Shown piece after piece: positions 32,906 to 35,892 of a DNA stretch of 35,892 nucleotides (positions within the stretch are counted from its first letter, which is position 1; every line of letters begins with the position of its first letter). The DNA comes from Perkinsus olseni (taxonomy: Eukaryota): NCBI GenBank assembly GCA_013115125.1, contig JABANN010000354.1, forward strand, positions 1-35,892, given 5' to 3'. Made by a program: the position numbers and the translations under genes. The notes beneath the pieces were generated by a model. It was given only the letters and a program-made list of their open reading frames with translations. It ran no database searches and was not told where the DNA came from.

Positions 32906-33937
32906 AAACTGAGCACCGGAAACACCCACGGCGGGCCAACCGAAGTCAAGAGAAAAGAGGGAGCAATGAAACCAGCATTAAGAGTAGCGAGGGTAGCACG
33001 CTCCGACACTCGAACCTCTCCATTGTCGTTGGTTAACCAGCATATACGGAACCACAGGACGACGACGACAGCCGCTTCTCCTCCTTCTCCTCCTGCTCCA
33101 CTCACTTTACAATCATACAGGATATCCTTGAATGGTTGAGTATAATGTGGGCTACAACAGGCAGTGACTTCAAGTCTATGACGATAGTCGTAGTATCGTC
33201 ATAGTGGTCATGGAGCTAACGATTGTGAACGTCATCAGGACTGTCTCCCAGACTGTTGGTGGGGGACAGGAAAACTGATGGCAATAATTTATATAGCAAG
33301 AAGGAATTCTCACAGAATATTTACAAACGGGTGAAGTGGCTTCCTACCACCCTCCACGCTTATCCTGGCGTGATGGGTCGTTGAATGGGGAATAGTAATG
33401 GGAACTAGTCCAGTGGGGTCGAAGCGCGAGAGGCGAGAGGCGTATAATGGGCTCACCAGTATCAGTAGTACCAAAAGGGAGGAGTGACGACGTGAAGAAC
33501 GGACTACCGCCGGGCTTCGATTAAACCATCGAAGCAACGACGGCGGAGCGAAGCTGCTGGTTTGCAATATGTCCTGGCAGTTAATGGTTACTTTCTCAGA
33601 GGCCGCCAAGTAGTAGCTCTAATGATGTTGATAAAGTTGATGACTTCGAAGCAGCAGTAGTAGCAGATGTATGATGATAGATGGTAATCGTAGTAGTAAA
33701 GACAGATCAGCGGTGATCGTAACGCTGTACTGGTGGTTAGATGATTCACCTCTTCTTCTCATTGGCTCACTTGTTGACGCCTTACCGAGAGATCCAGTTG
33801 GTGTTTCTGAGCGGAAGGAAAAGTGAGGGTTAGAATCCGAGCCACGCAACCTATTACTACTACCACTCAGTCAGTCAGGAAGCGCTTACATCTAGCGAAC
33901 GTACGGGCCTCGAACAACTCAGATGGCGGAAATATGG

Positions 33938-35191
33938 TCACTCTGCCGCCGCCACCACTACTACCCTCGCCGAGCGCTGCCGATGGGTTGATGATGACGC
34001 TCCACGAGGGGTTCCCATTGCATAGGGATCCCCACTGGCCACTACCGAAGCCCGACCTCTCGGGGTCATCACACCGACTCTGGGAGTGCCCCTAAGAAGA
34101 AGACCCATACCAACAATTCCCGACATCGTCACGGTGTAGTACCCTCTAGGGCTTGGAGGTGGATAGTAGGCAGAGCCACCGCGAGGACTGGGCTGTTGAT
34201 ACGCCCTCGGTGTGAAGCCAGTGGCAGCAGCAACAGTACTGCCTCTCGGGCTCTGCTGTTGATAGTAGTAGTAGGCCATCGACGTCGAGGAGGTTGTGCG
34301 CTGTAAGTACCGGTGAGGGAGCGCACCATAACCAGCATCACAAGCACCCCGAGCAGCGCGACTCTCCCGAGGCGTCCCTCCAGCCCGAGGAGTCCAAAGG
34401 GCTACCCGAGGAGAAGGCGGGAGAGGGGCTGATGATCTCGGTGTGTGCTGGTGGTGGTAGTAGTAGTACGCTCCACCCGGCGGCGGCGGTCGACGCGGCG
34501 AGGCCATACCGGCACTAGAGAGGGAATGAGCGGCAACATCGGGAGCCGTGGATGACCTCTTACTAAGGCGTTGATGATCTCGGGGTCATACGACCAGCGT
34601 ATCCTGCAGGAGTGGGCCCTCTAGGGCTGGGACCTGGGCATCACCAGTCATGAAGACGGGGTTCCGTTGCCAGCAGCAGCAGCACTACCATCAATCTGCA
34701 TTCTTTGCATTTCTCTCTCCATCCGTCTTCGTCGTCGCTCCTCCAGGACCCTCTGCCTCTCCGCAGCTTCATCCCAAGGTGGGATAACTCCGCTGCCTTT
34801 GCGCTTCGATTTTGCGGTTTCTGCATCAGAAAAGATGACGAGCCTTAAGAGGTTGATTCGACCTTGAACGTACTCTTGGCCTCGTCCTCGTCACCACTAC
34901 TAAAGTCAAATTCGTCCCTTTCCCTTCGCCTGCCCGATGACTCTATAGTTGTCGGTGGTGTTGAAGACGCCGAGAGCCTGAAAGGTATCCTGAGGTTGAC
35001 TATAGGAAGATTCAGAATAGCTACTTCTCTGGATCTTGTTGTTGATCTTTGCTTGAAGCTGTAGTCGCGGCGCTAACAGCACCGGCTGCGTCAAGAGCAT
35101 CTTTCCGAGGTGGTGTGGTAGGCCGACCCCCTGCTACTGCCTTGGAAGTTGTTGGATGATCTATATCCTGTTTGCTACTGGTACAACCCAT
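33938..35191 (-). CDS. Low-complexity protein with MGCTSSK acylation motif and repeated S/T-P-R motifs, multi-exon
   Basis: ATG 35191 gives MGCTSSKQDID. Splicing by eye leads through a charged helix (ERQRVLEERRRRRMEREMQR) into about 14 SPR/TPR motifs with Tyr runs. Confidence 0.65.
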
Positions 35192-35823
35192 AGACGACAA
35201 GCAAGGCAGCAATACAAGAGAAGCAGCCTGAATAACGAAGAGATCCGCACAACAACAAGATGTAAGGGGCAGCAGCTTGAGAGAAGAACGCATCAGGAAA
35301 CATCATCGACAGCAGGTGTCTCGGGCGTGGGCAGCAGGATGATGATCCGCCGAGATCCAGACACCACCAGTCGTGCTGCTGCTGCTTCAACTATACAATC
35401 CCACCACGACGTTAAGCTCTGAGAGAGTTTTCTCGCGCGCCACGAAATTACCCTACGGTGCCCCTACGGCCGCCGCCGTCGCCACGGCCTCAAGTGAGTC
35501 ATGTGATGAATACTGCCGCTCAGTGGCTTCGTCTTTTTCATAGTCCGCTTTACCGACTGTTTCATTCAGTCCAGTGACAACGCTGTGACGGGACTGGCAC
35601 CTCGACCATCGCGCAGCAGCACGCGTGCATCTAACAGGGGACGCCGACGACGGAAAGCCTTGTGTTGGAAATTGTTGTCTTCCATCATACTTTCACCCTC
35701 CCTAGCTACATCATCTAACATGGAAGGTCGGAGCGGCGGCTTCCGAGGCCAGGAGTAAAGACACTCTAGGCGGAAGCCAGAGGGACTAGGCATCGATAAT
35801 ACTCATGCGTGGAATGGTGTGTC

Positions 35824-35824
35824 G

Positions 35825-35892
<68 letters not shown>
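35824..35892. repeat. (GTT)n microsatellite at right window edge
   Basis: Pure gtt repeat to the end of the sequence. Confidence 0.95.

Noticed and set aside
35566-35892. Both window ends are (GTT)n, suggesting a circular element or telomeres, or that the right end continues the poly-Thr ORF at the left end
   Set aside because: All three minus-strand frames after the right-hand repeat hit stops within about 60 bp and show no hydrolase domain. The content is ordinary chromosomal genes, so assembly breaks at microsatellites are the simpler explanation.
1-35892. CRISPR array, prokaryotic operon, or autonomous transposase/reverse transcriptase
   Set aside because: No regularly spaced repeat-spacer units and no RT, integrase or transposase motifs seen; the genes are spliceosomal-intron eukaryotic genes.

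Overview
Gene-dense eukaryotic protist DNA with many 30-55 bp GT-AG introns. The style suggests a Perkinsus-like alveolate (inference, not verified). Both ends are (GTT)n microsatellites. From left to right it contains: three tandem minus-strand paralogs of a secreted protein (signal peptide, 6-Cys module, Thr/Ser linker, and a putative TIM-barrel glycoside hydrolase domain in the two complete, intronless copies), a kinesin-3 with FHA domain, two tandem class I cyclic-nucleotide phosphodiesterases, an RFC small subunit, an EDR2_C-like protein, a class I/II PLP aminotransferase, a two-PBZ-finger protein abutting a CELF-like RRM protein, a histidine phosphatase-family gene and a dually acylated S/T-P-R repeat protein. 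Non-coding highlights are a 238-bp TG..CA element with a 4-bp TSD whose empty site is also in the window, two ~60-bp perfect palindromes with the same architecture inside ~400-bp introns, a captured aminotransferase fragment in a PDE intron, and other patchwork templated duplications. All exon structures were spliced by eye and no databases were searched.
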